This document shows, piece after piece, positions 8,768 to 18,105 of a stretch of DNA of 33,024 bases. Both the position numbers and the translations under genes were made by a program. How positions within the stretch are numbered: position 1 is the first letter of the stretch; each line of letters begins with the position of its first letter. The stretch is from a virus (taxonomy: Duplodnaviria; Caudoviricetes). The notes beneath the pieces are model-generated. The model saw only the letters and a program-made list of their open reading frames with translations, made no database searches and was not told the DNA's origin. Location of the stretch: positions 1 to 33,024 of the IMG/VR virus record IMGVR_UViG_3300008255_000306; one strand, written 5' to 3'.

Positions 8768-9225
8768 TCTTGACGTTGCTGCTGTTGTGCGCTGTGACCC
8801 TGGCTGCCGACCCCGCGCCCCGCGCGGAGACGGCCCCGCCTGCGGACACCATGCCCCCGCTGCCTGCTGCCCCGGTGCGGCCGCCAGACCGTGCAGGGGA
8901 CTGCACGGCCAAGGCGGCTGCACCTGCTGGCGCCGCCCGCGACTGCGACGCGATCAGCGTGCCCCCGGCCTACCTGGCCTACCTGGAGGAGGGGCGGGTG
9001 TACGGCGACCAGCTGCACCTGCACCTGGTGGCCAGCCGGGCGGTGGCGGCTGCCGACGCCCGCAGCTGCGACGACGCGCTGACCTGGCGCGACCAGGTGA
9101 TCGCCGACGCCAAGACGCCCCGCCCGGTGCTGCAGCGCCCGGGTGTCCAGGTGGGTGTCGGTGTCGGGGTCGGCACCCTGCTGACGATCGGGGCCGGCTG
9201 GGCCCTGGGGCAGGTGGCGCCGTGA
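8764..9225 (+). CDS. Secreted protein with signal peptide and C-terminal TM helix (spanin-like candidate)
   Basis: N-terminus MILTLLLLCAVTLAA, internal Cys residues, C-terminal GVQVGVGVGVGTLLTIGAGWALG. Confidence 0.55.
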   Translation: MILTLLLLCAVTLAADPAPRAETAPPADTMPPLPAAPVRPPDRAGDCTAKAAAPAGAARDCDAISVPPAYLAYLEEGRVYGDQLHLHLVASRAVAAADARSCDDALTWRDQVIADAKTPRPVLQRPGVQVGVGVGVGTLLTIGAGWALGQVAP

Positions 9226-9515
9226 GCGTGCGACGCGAGCCCCTGTCCATGCAGTCGCTGATCGGCTTCGGCGTCACCCTGGCCGGCCTGCTGTTCACCG
9301 CCGGGGCAGGCTGGTACCGCCTGGCCCAGGCCGAGGCCCACTACACCGGGCTGGCCCAGCACTTCCAGACGCACGACGCGCAGCCTGCGCACCGCGAGTC
9401 CGGCGCGCAGCTGACCGAAATGCAGGACCGGCTGCGCACGATCGAGGTCAAGATGGACCTGTACGGGCGCAACCAGGCGGCCATCTGCCAGGCCGTAGGC
9501 GCGCAGTGTCGGTGA
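9222..9515 (+). CDS. Single-TM coiled-coil protein
   Basis: GTG at the GTGA overlap (alternative ATG at 9249). TM LIGFGVTLAGLLFTAGAGWY, heptads LTEMQDRLRTIEVKMD, ends ICQAVGAQCR. Confidence 0.6.
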   Translation: MSVRREPLSMQSLIGFGVTLAGLLFTAGAGWYRLAQAEAHYTGLAQHFQTHDAQPAHRESGAQLTEMQDRLRTIEVKMDLYGRNQAAICQAVGAQCR

Positions 9516-9796
9516 TCGTGCTGGGGCTGTGCCTGGCTGTGGCCCAGGCCCACCCACCACCCACCGACCTGGGCCGTGCGGCGGCGGATCTGGAGGCCGA
9601 GCTGGACGCGGGCCTGGCAACGCAGGTGGAGCTGTGCAGGGCGCTGGGGATCGAGTGCGAGGCGCCGCCCCCCGAGCTGCAGGCGCCGCCTGATCTGCAG
9701 GCGCCCCCCGACGACGACACGGGCGACACGGCGGCGCCCCCGCCCCCGCCCCCGCCACCAGCCCCGCCCAAGCCAGCGGCCTGCGGCCGGCAGTAG
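9512..9796 (+). CDS. Small secreted Pro-rich protein
   Basis: GTG at the GTGA overlap; signal-like VIVLGLCLAVAQA, LCRALGIEC motif and a poly-Pro tail. Confidence 0.55.
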   Translation: MIVLGLCLAVAQAHPPPTDLGRAAADLEAELDAGLATQVELCRALGIECEAPPPELQAPPDLQAPPDDDTGDTAAPPPPPPPPAPPKPAACGRQ

Positions 9797-9846
9797 CCAC
9801 AGCGGCCAGCGCATCGGTTGCGGTCGGTCGCCACCGTGGCTATGCT
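9794..9846 (+). promoter_or_regulatory. Sigma70-like promoter P1 with paired palindromic operator-like sites
   Basis: TTGCGG(9818-23)-17 nt-TATGCT(9841-46). Sites TAGCCACAGCGGCCA (9794-9808) and TCGCCACCGTGGCTA (9828-9842). Confidence 0.65.
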
Positions 9847-9915
9847 GCTGCCTGCAGGCGGCTGCCTGCGCCAGGACTGACGACCCGACCCGGCCCATGC
9901 GCCGGGCGCACCCCC

Positions 9916-12204
9916 ATGGAGGCCACCGTGCCCAGCCCGATCACCGCCGGCGCCGCCGTGCCCGGCACCAAGTACACCACCCGTGGCCAGGAGCTGGTCA
10001 CCGCCGGCGCCCTGGTCGAGGACGCCGGCGTGCAGTACCGCCGCGTGACCACCCAGCTGGGCGTCCACAGCGACCTGCCCATGGACTACCCGCTGTACCC
10101 CCTGGACGCGGCCAGCAGCCGCGTGGGGGCCCTGGTGGGCCTGCCCGAGGACGAGCTGCGGCCGCAGCTGGCCAAGCTGTCCGCGGAGGAGCTGGACGAG
10201 CTGGCAGACCAGGACGGCCGCACCTGGGTGCTGGACGCCGTGGTGGACCTGCAGTTGCCGCACGTGGCGCAAATGCGGCAGGACGAGGAGGACGAGGACG
10301 ACGCCCTGGCCGCCAGCACCGACGGCGACGGCGTGCATGGGGTAGTCGCGCCGCCGCCCATGGCGGACAGCAGCCCCGACACCTGCGACGACAAGCCCGC
10401 CCGCCTGCGCATCGCGGCACCCGTCCCGCCGGACGCCGACACCGTCAGCCCAGCTGTGGAGCTTGACGAGGAGGACGACGCCGGCGACGTGTGCCCGTTC
10501 ACCGGCCTGCCAGAGCGAATCATGCAGGGCGCCGTGGAGGCAGTCAGGACCGGCAACCTGCTGGGCGACACCGACACCGACGCCGACGACCCGCAGCAGG
10601 CCGCCGGCGCGGCGCTGGTGGAGCTGGCGGCGCTGGACGACGACACCGCCGAGGACACCGGCACCGACGGTGACGGGGCCGAGGTGGTGGCACTGCCCCA
10701 GCCCACCCGGCCCGCGCCGGCCCAGGCCACCGACCAGGACCAGCCGCCGCCGCCGCCCCTTCTGCCGGCCGGCATGGGCCTGTGCAGCGTGTGCGGGTCC
10801 CAGGACCGGATCAAGCCCAAGGTGGGCGACGAGCAGGTGCTGGTGCTGGTGGCCCACAACGGTTCCACCGGGGGCTACTGCATGGGCAGCGGTCGCCCGC
10901 CGGCCGTGGACCGGCCGCCGCGCCCGGCGCCGGTGGACCCGGCCGGCGTGTGGGACGGCGCGACGACGGCAGACGAGCGCCTGGCGATCGTCAAGGACTG
11001 CAGCACTGTCGCCGAGGTCGAGCGCCTGCGGCTGGCGCCCAGTCCGACGCCCGAGCTGCAGGCCGCGGTCAAGCGGGAGTTCGATCGGCAGGTGGCTGGC
11101 CTGGCCCGCGTGGACGAGGCCCTGGCCCTGGACGGGGCGCAGGCCCAGGTGGCCCGCCTGCGGGACCTGCTGACGCAGACCCGCACGACCGCGCGCCCCG
11201 GCGTGGTGGCCTACGCCCAGCGCGAGCTGCAGCGGAGGGAGGCCGCCATGGACCCACAGCGGGCCACCGGCGACGCCCTGGACCGCCTGGCCGCGGCCGG
11301 TGGCTGGCCGCCGCGGCTGGATGGCGAGGCCGACGACGCCATGCGCGAACGGGTGCTGGCCGCGCTGCGCCCGGCGGCTGGCACCCCAGCTGCGCTGGAG
11401 GCGGCCCTGGAGGCCGCCCTGGCTCAGGCCGGCATGCCCCACAACGTCACGATCACCCAGGGGCCGCAGCCCGGCGCTGTGGACGTGCTGGTGGTCGGCG
11501 CTGCGCTGGCCGCCCTGGACCTGGTGACCGATCGGCTGGACGCGCTGCTGCCCGCCGGGGTGCAGGCCCGGGTGCGCAGCGACCAGGCCGTGACCCCCAC
11601 CCAACTGGTAGACGCGACCGACGACACCCGGCAGCCGATCGCGCAGCTGGTCGATCCGTCGCCGGCGGCCCCGCCCTGGGACCTGGGGGCCAGGCCCTGG
11701 CCCGAGCGCGTGGCCATGTCCAGCTTGGCCGCTGCGCTGGAGCTGATCCGCGAGCAGCGGGACGCGGCCATGCTGCGCGAGGCCTGGGTGCAGGTTGAGC
11801 TGGCCGACGGCAACACCGCCCTGCTGGAGGCCTGCGAGGAGCGCTGGGAGTCGCTGACCGGCGACAGCTGGGACACCGACCCGGAGGTGCCCGAGCGCCG
11901 GCAGGGGCCGGGCCAGCCGCTGCCGCCGGCGCCCGCCCCGGATCCCGAGCCGGACGACCAGGAGTCCGAGCCCCAGCGCCGCCGCGGTGGCCCCACGTAC
12001 ACGGCCACGCTGGAGCTGGACATGGGCGACGCCGAGGCCCGGGTGCAGGCCGTGCGCAAGGCCCGGCTGGCGTCCAAGGCCCAGGCCCTGCAGCAGCTGC
12101 AGACCTACCTGCAGCAGTGGCCGGTGCAGGCTCTGGCTGCCCAGTCCCTGGGAATCCGCATGGAGATCCGCCTGGACAACACCCCCCCCACCGACCTGGA
12201 CTGA
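9916..12204 (+). CDS. Large acidic multi-domain hypothetical protein (CxxC...H...C Zn motif; baseplate-J-like segment)
   Basis: 762-aa ORF with GC3 bias, Asp/Glu-rich linkers, CSVCG...AHNG...YCMGSG and GEADDAMRERVLAAL...PGAVDVLV...LDALLPAGV. Confidence 0.7.
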   Translation: MEATVPSPITAGAAVPGTKYTTRGQELVTAGALVEDAGVQYRRVTTQLGVHSDLPMDYPLYPLDAASSRVGALVGLPEDELRPQLAKLSAEELDELADQDGRTWVLDAVVDLQLPHVAQMRQDEEDEDDALAASTDGDGVHGVVAPPPMADSSPDTCDDKPARLRIAAPVPPDADTVSPAVELDEEDDAGDVCPFTGLPERIMQGAVEAVRTGNLLGDTDTDADDPQQAAGAALVELAALDDDTAEDTGTDGDGAEVVALPQPTRPAPAQATDQDQPPPPPLLPAGMGLCSVCGSQDRIKPKVGDEQVLVLVAHNGSTGGYCMGSGRPPAVDRPPRPAPVDPAGVWDGATTADERLAIVKDCSTVAEVERLRLAPSPTPELQAAVKREFDRQVAGLARVDEALALDGAQAQVARLRDLLTQTRTTARPGVVAYAQRELQRREAAMDPQRATGDALDRLAAAGGWPPRLDGEADDAMRERVLAALRPAAGTPAALEAALEAALAQAGMPHNVTITQGPQPGAVDVLVVGAALAALDLVTDRLDALLPAGVQARVRSDQAVTPTQLVDATDDTRQPIAQLVDPSPAAPPWDLGARPWPERVAMSSLAAALELIREQRDAAMLREAWVQVELADGNTALLEACEERWESLTGDSWDTDPEVPERRQGPGQPLPPAPAPDPEPDDQESEPQRRRGGPTYTATLELDMGDAEARVQAVRKARLASKAQALQQLQTYLQQWPVQALAAQSLGIRMEIRLDNTPPTDLD

Positions 12205-12215
12205 CCCCCAGCAAC

Positions 12216-12268
12216 ACGCCGCGGCGGCGACCATGCGCCTTGCATTGTGTCGCCACTGCGGCTACTAT
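12216..12268 (+). promoter_or_regulatory. Sigma70-like promoter P2 with paired palindromic operator-like sites
   Basis: TTGCAT(12240-45)-17 nt-TACTAT(12263-68). Sites ACGCCGCGGCGGCGA (12216-30) and TCGCCACTGCGGCTA (12250-64). Confidence 0.75.
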
Positions 12269-12285
12269 CCCCACAGGAGCCCGAC

Positions 12286-12768
12286 ATGCCCACCACCCAC
12301 CGACCGACGGTCACGCCGCCCACCTGCGACGTGATCCTGCGCACCCGCCTGGCGGCGCTGATCGACCTGCACGCGCCCAGCACGGCCGAGGCGGCCAAGC
12401 GGGCCGGCTGGTCCGAGTCCACGCTGTACCGCCGGCTGCACACCGATCCGACCGACCGCGACAACTACCGCCGGCTGCACGCCAGCGACCTGGACGCCAT
12501 GCTGGGCGCCCTGGGCCTGGACCCCGACGCCGTGCTGCAGCCGGTGCTGCTGGACGGCGACCGCGACCTGCTGGTGTGGGTCGCCGAGCGCACGCCGGCC
12601 GACCCGCTGCCCAGCCGGGCCGGCTGGGCCGATCAGTGCGAGGGCGCCGCTGGCCGCCGCCTGAGGCGCCTGGTCCGCCAGGGCCTGCTGCAGGTGTTCG
12701 GCGACCCGGACGACCCCCACACCTGGTACATCCGGCTGACCCCCGCAGGGCAGCGCGCCCTGCACTGA
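12286..12768 (+). CDS. HTH transcriptional regulator (XRE/Cro-like N-domain plus possible winged-helix C-domain)
   Basis: ATG after CACAGGAG. HTH STAEAAKRAGWSESTLYRRL, then LDAMLGALGLDP. The C-terminal LRRLVRQGLLQV...YIRLTPAGQRAL is wHTH-like. Confidence 0.72.
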   Translation: MPTTHRPTVTPPTCDVILRTRLAALIDLHAPSTAEAAKRAGWSESTLYRRLHTDPTDRDNYRRLHASDLDAMLGALGLDPDAVLQPVLLDGDRDLLVWVAERTPADPLPSRAGWADQCEGAAGRRLRRLVRQGLLQVFGDPDDPHTWYIRLTPAGQRALH

Positions 12769-12810
12769 TCCCCAACCCCCAACCCCCACCCAGCGCACAG
12801 GACACCGACC

Positions 12811-14040
12811 ATGACCGACCGCACCGACCCCCGCCGCGACCACGGCCGGGGCAACCAAGGCCGCCAGGACGACCGCGACCCTGCCCCCCTCCCGATCCTG
12901 GAGATCGACCCCCGCCGGCTGGGCTTGCCCAGCGGGCCCCAGTCTGAGGTGCAGTCGGTGACCGACTGCCTGCTGCGGGCCCGCCAGCATGCCAACGTGC
13001 TGGCGCCCGCCATGCAACTGCAGGAGCTGCCGGTGGACCACGTGATCACCTTCATGGTGGTGCTGTTCCCAACCGACGGGATCAACACCTACCGCGACCA
13101 GGAGGGCCGCGAGCTGGCGTCGCGGCAGCAGTCCAACAACGTTTGGTACGCCACCGACCACGGCGACCTGGCGCACCACCGCGCGGCCCTGGACATGCTG
13201 GCCCAGGCGGCTGGGATCACCTGGGTGCACAGCAAGTGCGGCCGGACCGACGACCGCAGCAAGCCCTACCTGTGGTCCTACCGCATGACCCTGCAGATCA
13301 AGGGCCTGGACGGCCGCACCCGCGAGGTGTCGCGGGAGTACGAGTTGGACCTGCGCGGCGTTGGTGACAACCTGTCGCCGGCGGCGAAGAAGGCCGGCAC
13401 CGGCAAGGGCCTGCCAAACGCCCGGATCCACGGGGCGCAGCTGGCCGAGAGCAAGGCCGCCAACCGGGCGATCCGCGCTGCCCTGGGCCTGCACGCCTAC
13501 AGCGTGGCCGACGCCCGCAAGCCCTTCGTGCTGCCCGTCCTGCGCTGGGTGCCCGACGCCAACGACCCGGTGGTACGCCGCATGATCGCGGCCAAGGAGC
13601 TGGGCCTGGTCAGCGAGCTGTTCGGGGCTGAGGCCGCGGCGGCGCAGGCGGCCGGCGGCACCGTGCACCTGGTGGACCCGGCTCGCGTGATCGACCACGA
13701 CCCGCGGCCCGCCCGCGCGGCCCAGGCCCGCCCGGCCCTGTCGGACAACGGCCAGGACGACGACATGGCCGACCTGCAGGCCCAGGTGGAGCGCGACCGG
13801 CAGCGCGAGCGGGTGCCCGTCGAGCGGTCCGGCAGCACCGGCGGATCGCCGTGGGACGAGCAGCCCTACGACGCCCGTACCACCCAGCCCCAGGGCCCCA
13901 GCGACGCGGACTTGGACCGCTACTGCGACGCCAAGGGGTGGGACCACCCGCCGGGCCCGACGGAGCGCGCCCAGTTGCGGCGCTACGTCGAGGGCAAGGG
14001 CCGCGAGGACTACGACCTGACCATGCGGGGTGGCCGGTGA
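12811..14040 (+). CDS. Putative single-strand annealing/recombination protein
   Basis: AESKAANRAIRAALGL resembles the conserved helix of Rad52/Erf/RecT-type annealases. It has a disordered acidic C-terminal region and is coupled to sbcD. Confidence 0.45.
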   Translation: MTDRTDPRRDHGRGNQGRQDDRDPAPLPILEIDPRRLGLPSGPQSEVQSVTDCLLRARQHANVLAPAMQLQELPVDHVITFMVVLFPTDGINTYRDQEGRELASRQQSNNVWYATDHGDLAHHRAALDMLAQAAGITWVHSKCGRTDDRSKPYLWSYRMTLQIKGLDGRTREVSREYELDLRGVGDNLSPAAKKAGTGKGLPNARIHGAQLAESKAANRAIRAALGLHAYSVADARKPFVLPVLRWVPDANDPVVRRMIAAKELGLVSELFGAEAAAAQAAGGTVHLVDPARVIDHDPRPARAAQARPALSDNGQDDDMADLQAQVERDRQRERVPVERSGSTGGSPWDEQPYDARTTQPQGPSDADLDRYCDAKGWDHPPGPTERAQLRRYVEGKGREDYDLTMRGGR

Positions 14041-15383
14041 CTGCGCGCTACCTGCGCCTGGCCCACCTGACCGACCTGCACCTGACCGACGGCCCGCGCC
14101 TGGAGGACCAGGCCGAGGTGCTGGGCCGGGTGGTGGCGCAGGCGGTCGAGCTGGGCGTGCAGGCCACCCTGGTGACCGGCGACCTGTACGGCCGCACCGT
14201 GCCCCACCGCAGCACGCCGGCCGAGCGGCAGGTGCTGTACCCGGCGGTGCGCAACCTGGCCCGGCTGGGCCCCGTGCTGGTGACCCCCGGGAACCACGAC
14301 TACCCGGGCGACCTGGACACGCTGGCCCAGCTGGGTGGTGGCATGGACTGGCCGGTGGTGGTCCAGGACCGGCCCCAGGTGGTCAAGCTGGCGACCCCCA
14401 GCGCCGACTTGCACGTGTACGCCGTGCCCTGGCCCACCAAGCGGCTGCTGGTCCAGGAGGACACGACCGGGGGCCCCGAGCAGCTGCGGCAGCTGGCCAG
14501 CGACAAGCTGGACCAGCTGCTGGGGCTGTGGGCCAGCCGCGTGGCCCGGACGCGCAGCACCAGCCCCCACGTGGTGCAGGTGCTGGCCAGCCACTGCATG
14601 ACCGTGGGCGCCCGCACCAGCGGCGGCGAGGTGCTGACGGGCCACGAGATCGAGCTGTCGCGCCGGGTCATGGGCGAGCTGGGCGTGGACTACGGCGCGC
14701 TGGGCCACCTGCACTACCGCCAGGAGTCGGCGCCGCGGTGCTGGTACGGCGGCGACCCCTGGGCCGTGGACTACGGCGAGACGGACACCAAGGGGTGGCA
14801 CCTGGTGGACGTGGCCGCCAGCGTGGCCGACCTGCCGCCAGAGCCCAGCGAGGTGCTGGACGTGGTGGTGTACCAGGACCCCGGCCGGCTGGTCACCCGC
14901 GTGGCCTGGCTGCCGACCCACGCCCGCCGGTGGGTGACCCTTGACTGGCGCTGGGCCGCCGACCACGTGGACGGCAGCCCCAGGTGGGTGACCGCGCCGA
15001 CCGAGCAGGAGCTGGCGCAGGTGGCCGGCGCGGAGGTGCGGGCCCGGGTGGTGGTGTCGCAGCAGTGGGTGGCCGGCTGTCCCTGGGACCAGGTGCTGGC
15101 CGACCTACAGGCCCGCGGCGCCCACCGGCTGCAGCCCGAGCGCACGATCGAGCCGGTGCACCGTGTGCGCGCCCCCGAGGTCGCCCGCGCGCCGACCCCG
15201 CACGACAAGCTGGTGGCCTACTGGGCCACGCTGGCCACGGCCCCGGACCCGGGCGACGCGGGCGCCGCCAAGGCCCTGCTGGCGGATCTCCTGTCCATGG
15301 ACGACGACGCGATCCGCCAGGACACCGACCGGCTACTATCGTCCGACGGCGCGACCACGCCGCCCCCCCCCGCACAGGACTGA
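14037..15383 (+). CDS. sbcD: SbcD/Mre11-family metallophosphoesterase nuclease
   Basis: Motifs AHLTDLH, VTGDLY, TPGNHD, ASH and ALGHLH; GTG start at the GTGA overlap; next to sbcC. Confidence 0.88.
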   Translation: MTARYLRLAHLTDLHLTDGPRLEDQAEVLGRVVAQAVELGVQATLVTGDLYGRTVPHRSTPAERQVLYPAVRNLARLGPVLVTPGNHDYPGDLDTLAQLGGGMDWPVVVQDRPQVVKLATPSADLHVYAVPWPTKRLLVQEDTTGGPEQLRQLASDKLDQLLGLWASRVARTRSTSPHVVQVLASHCMTVGARTSGGEVLTGHEIELSRRVMGELGVDYGALGHLHYRQESAPRCWYGGDPWAVDYGETDTKGWHLVDVAASVADLPPEPSEVLDVVVYQDPGRLVTRVAWLPTHARRWVTLDWRWAADHVDGSPRWVTAPTEQELAQVAGAEVRARVVVSQQWVAGCPWDQVLADLQARGAHRLQPERTIEPVHRVRAPEVARAPTPHDKLVAYWATLATAPDPGDAGAAKALLADLLSMDDDAIRQDTDRLLSSDGATTPPPPAQD

Positions 15384-15389
15384 CCGACC

Positions 15390-18038
15390 ATGCAACCGAC
15401 CGCCCTGCACGTGCGCGGGATCAACGCGATCCGCGACCTGTCCGTGGACCTGTCCGCCGTGCCCCCCGGCCTGTGCGCCGTGGTGGGCGACAACGGTCAG
15501 GGAAAGACCACCCTGCTGGAGTGCATGCTGCCGGCCACCCTGTGGCTGACCATGCCGACTCGACCGGGCACCCTGTCGGACGCCTGCACCGGCCGCGACA
15601 GTCTGATCGACCTGACCCACGTGCACAACGGCACCGAGTACCGGCACGTGGTGCAGGTGGACACGGGCGCCAGCGACAAGAGCCGGCCGACCACCGAGGC
15701 CTACCTGTACGTGGACGGGCAGGCGGTCAACGACGGCAAGCTGGGCACCTACGCCGAGGAGGTGGCCCGGTGGCTGCCCCCCCAGAACCTGGTGCTGGCG
15801 TCCAGCTTCGCCGCGCAGGATGGCAGCGGCAGCTTCGCGCGCCTGGACGTGGCCGGCCGCAAGGCCCTGTTTCGGTCCATGCTGGGCCTGGACGGCCTGC
15901 AGGCCCTGGCCGACCGGGCGGCCCTGCACCGGCGCCCCCTGGACGGCATGGCGGCCGACCTGGACCGCCAGGCGGCGGCCCTGGCGGCCGACCGGGCCCG
16001 CGCGGCCGATCTGGACCGCCAGGTGGCGGCCGCGCGGGATCAGGTGCCTGCCCTGCGGGCGGCCGTGGCGGCGGCGCGCAAGCACCACGTGGCGGCCCAG
16101 GCGGCGCATGCCACCCAGGCGGCGCTGCTGCGCCAGCTGTCCACCGCCCGCGACCAGGCCCTGCAGCAGCGGGACCAGCTGGCCGCCCAGGCCCAGGCGG
16201 CCCGGACCAAGGCCGACGCCGCGCGCCGGGACCTGGCCGCAGCCGAGGTGCTGCTGAGGCAGGCCGACGCGATCGCCGCAGCGGCAGCCCAGGCGGCCAC
16301 CCAGGTGCAGGCCAGGGTTCAGGCCGAGGCCGCCTACCGGGAGGCCCGCGCCGAGCTGCAGCGGCTGGACCGCGCCGCTGAGGACGCGGCGGCCAGCCGC
16401 AGCCGGCTGGAGGCCGACCTGCGCCGGGTGCAGCAGCAGCTGCAGGCGGCCTCCCAGGCCGACGCCCAGCTGCCCCAACTGGAGGCCGACGCGGCCCGGC
16501 TGGCGGCCCTGCGCCAGCAGCGCCCTGGGCTGGCCACGGCCGCCGACGACGCCAGCCGCGCCCACCGCACGGCCGACGACGCCGCGCAGCAGCGGCAGCG
16601 CGCCGCCGTGCGGCAGGTGGACGCGGCCCGCGCGGACCTGGACCGCGCCCGGCGCGACGCCGCGGTGCTGAACAAAGTGCCATGCGAGGGCCGCTGGGAC
16701 GTGCGCCTGCCCCAGCAGCAGGGCGACACCATGATCGACTGCAGCGCCTGCCCCCTGCTGGGCACGGCCGCCCAGGCCCGCGACACGCTGCCGCAGCTGG
16801 AGCAGGCGCTGGCGGACGCCGAGGCCGAGGCCGCGGCCGCCCGCGGCGACGTGGTGGGGGTGGCGGACCTGCGCGCCGCTGCCGACGAGGCCCGCCGCGC
16901 TGTGCGCGACCTGGACCTGGCGATCGTGGACCTGTCCGGCGCCGACACGGCCCTGGAGCGCGCCCGCGACGCCCAGGCCCAGCGGGCGCAGGCAGCCGCC
17001 ACGCTGACCGAGCTGCAGGCGGCGGTGGCGGCCCTGGACAAGGCCGACGCGGACCGGGCCGCGCTGCGGGACGCGCACCTGGCGGCCCTGACCACAGCTG
17101 AGGCGGCGGGCAGGACTGCGGCGGCTGCGCTGGTCGAGCTGGGCGACGTGGAGGCCCGCAAGGCGGCGCTGGCCAAGGCCGCGGCCGAGGCGCCGCTGCT
17201 GCGTCGGGCCCTGGCCGACCACGACGCCCAGGCGGCCACGGCGGACACCCAGCACGCCGCCGTGGTGGTGCCCCCGGAGCCGGCACAGCAGGCCCAGGTG
17301 GTGGCAGCGCACCAGCAGGCCGTCCAGGAGGCCCAGGCGGCCGCTGAGGGCCGGCAGGACGCCCTGGAGGGCCACCTGGCTGCCCTGTCCACCCTGGCGG
17401 GCCTGCGGCAGGCCCTGGGCGACCTGGACGCCCGCGACGCGGCCCTGCAGGCGGACCGCGACCGGGTGGCGCGCCGCCGCGCCGGCTGGGTCCTGCTGGA
17501 GCGCGCCTTTGGGCCCGATGGGATCCAGGCCCTGGAGATCGACGCGGCCGGCCCTGGCGTGTCGGAGCTGTGCAACGACCTGCTGCACACCGTCGGGGCG
17601 CCGTACACGGTGGAGCTGCGAACGATCCGGGAGGCCACGGCGACGCGCAAGCAGCGGGAGGTGTTCGACGTGCTGGTGCACGACGGCCGCACCGGCACCA
17701 GCCGCGACCTCGGCCGCATGTCCGGCGGCGAACAGGTGCTGGTTGAGGAGTCCCTAAAGCTGGGGATCGCGGTGCACGTCGCCCAGCACTGGGACGGCGG
17801 GGTGCGCACCTTGTGGCGCGACGAAACGGACAAGGGCCTGTCGCTGCGCAACCAGGAGCAGTACCCCACGATGCTGCGGCTGGCCCTGGATCGCGGGCGC
17901 TTCGATCGGTGCTTCTACATTACCCACAGCCCTGTCGCTGCTGCGCAGGCCGACAGCGTGCTGCTGGTCCGTGGTGGTCGCGCCGAGGTGCTGGACCCCG
18001 GCACCTACGCCGACCGCCTGCGCACCGGCCGGGTGTAA
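15390..18038 (+). CDS. sbcC: SbcC/Rad50 SMC-like ATPase
   Basis: Walker A GDNGQGKTT, Q-loop FAAQ, a long coiled coil with central CSAC hook, signature MSGGE, Walker B LWRDE and switch ITH. Confidence 0.9.
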   Translation: MQPTALHVRGINAIRDLSVDLSAVPPGLCAVVGDNGQGKTTLLECMLPATLWLTMPTRPGTLSDACTGRDSLIDLTHVHNGTEYRHVVQVDTGASDKSRPTTEAYLYVDGQAVNDGKLGTYAEEVARWLPPQNLVLASSFAAQDGSGSFARLDVAGRKALFRSMLGLDGLQALADRAALHRRPLDGMAADLDRQAAALAADRARAADLDRQVAAARDQVPALRAAVAAARKHHVAAQAAHATQAALLRQLSTARDQALQQRDQLAAQAQAARTKADAARRDLAAAEVLLRQADAIAAAAAQAATQVQARVQAEAAYREARAELQRLDRAAEDAAASRSRLEADLRRVQQQLQAASQADAQLPQLEADAARLAALRQQRPGLATAADDASRAHRTADDAAQQRQRAAVRQVDAARADLDRARRDAAVLNKVPCEGRWDVRLPQQQGDTMIDCSACPLLGTAAQARDTLPQLEQALADAEAEAAAARGDVVGVADLRAAADEARRAVRDLDLAIVDLSGADTALERARDAQAQRAQAAATLTELQAAVAALDKADADRAALRDAHLAALTTAEAAGRTAAAALVELGDVEARKAALAKAAAEAPLLRRALADHDAQAATADTQHAAVVVPPEPAQQAQVVAAHQQAVQEAQAAAEGRQDALEGHLAALSTLAGLRQALGDLDARDAALQADRDRVARRRAGWVLLERAFGPDGIQALEIDAAGPGVSELCNDLLHTVGAPYTVELRTIREATATRKQREVFDVLVHDGRTGTSRDLGRMSGGEQVLVEESLKLGIAVHVAQHWDGGVRTLWRDETDKGLSLRNQEQYPTMLRLALDRGRFDRCFYITHSPVAAAQADSVLLVRGGRAEVLDPGTYADRLRTGRV

Positions 18039-18046
18039 GGTCCAGG

Positions 18047-18076
18047 GCGCTGGGGGCCCGACCAGGCCCCCAGCGC
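18047..18076 (+). terminator. GC-rich hairpin after sbcC (possible terminator or processing site; no U-tract)
   Basis: GCGCTGGGGGCC-cgacca-GGCCCCCAGCGC, a perfect 12-bp stem. Confidence 0.5.
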
Positions 18077-18105
18077 TGCACAGGAACTGACGATCGAGGT
18101 TGCCC

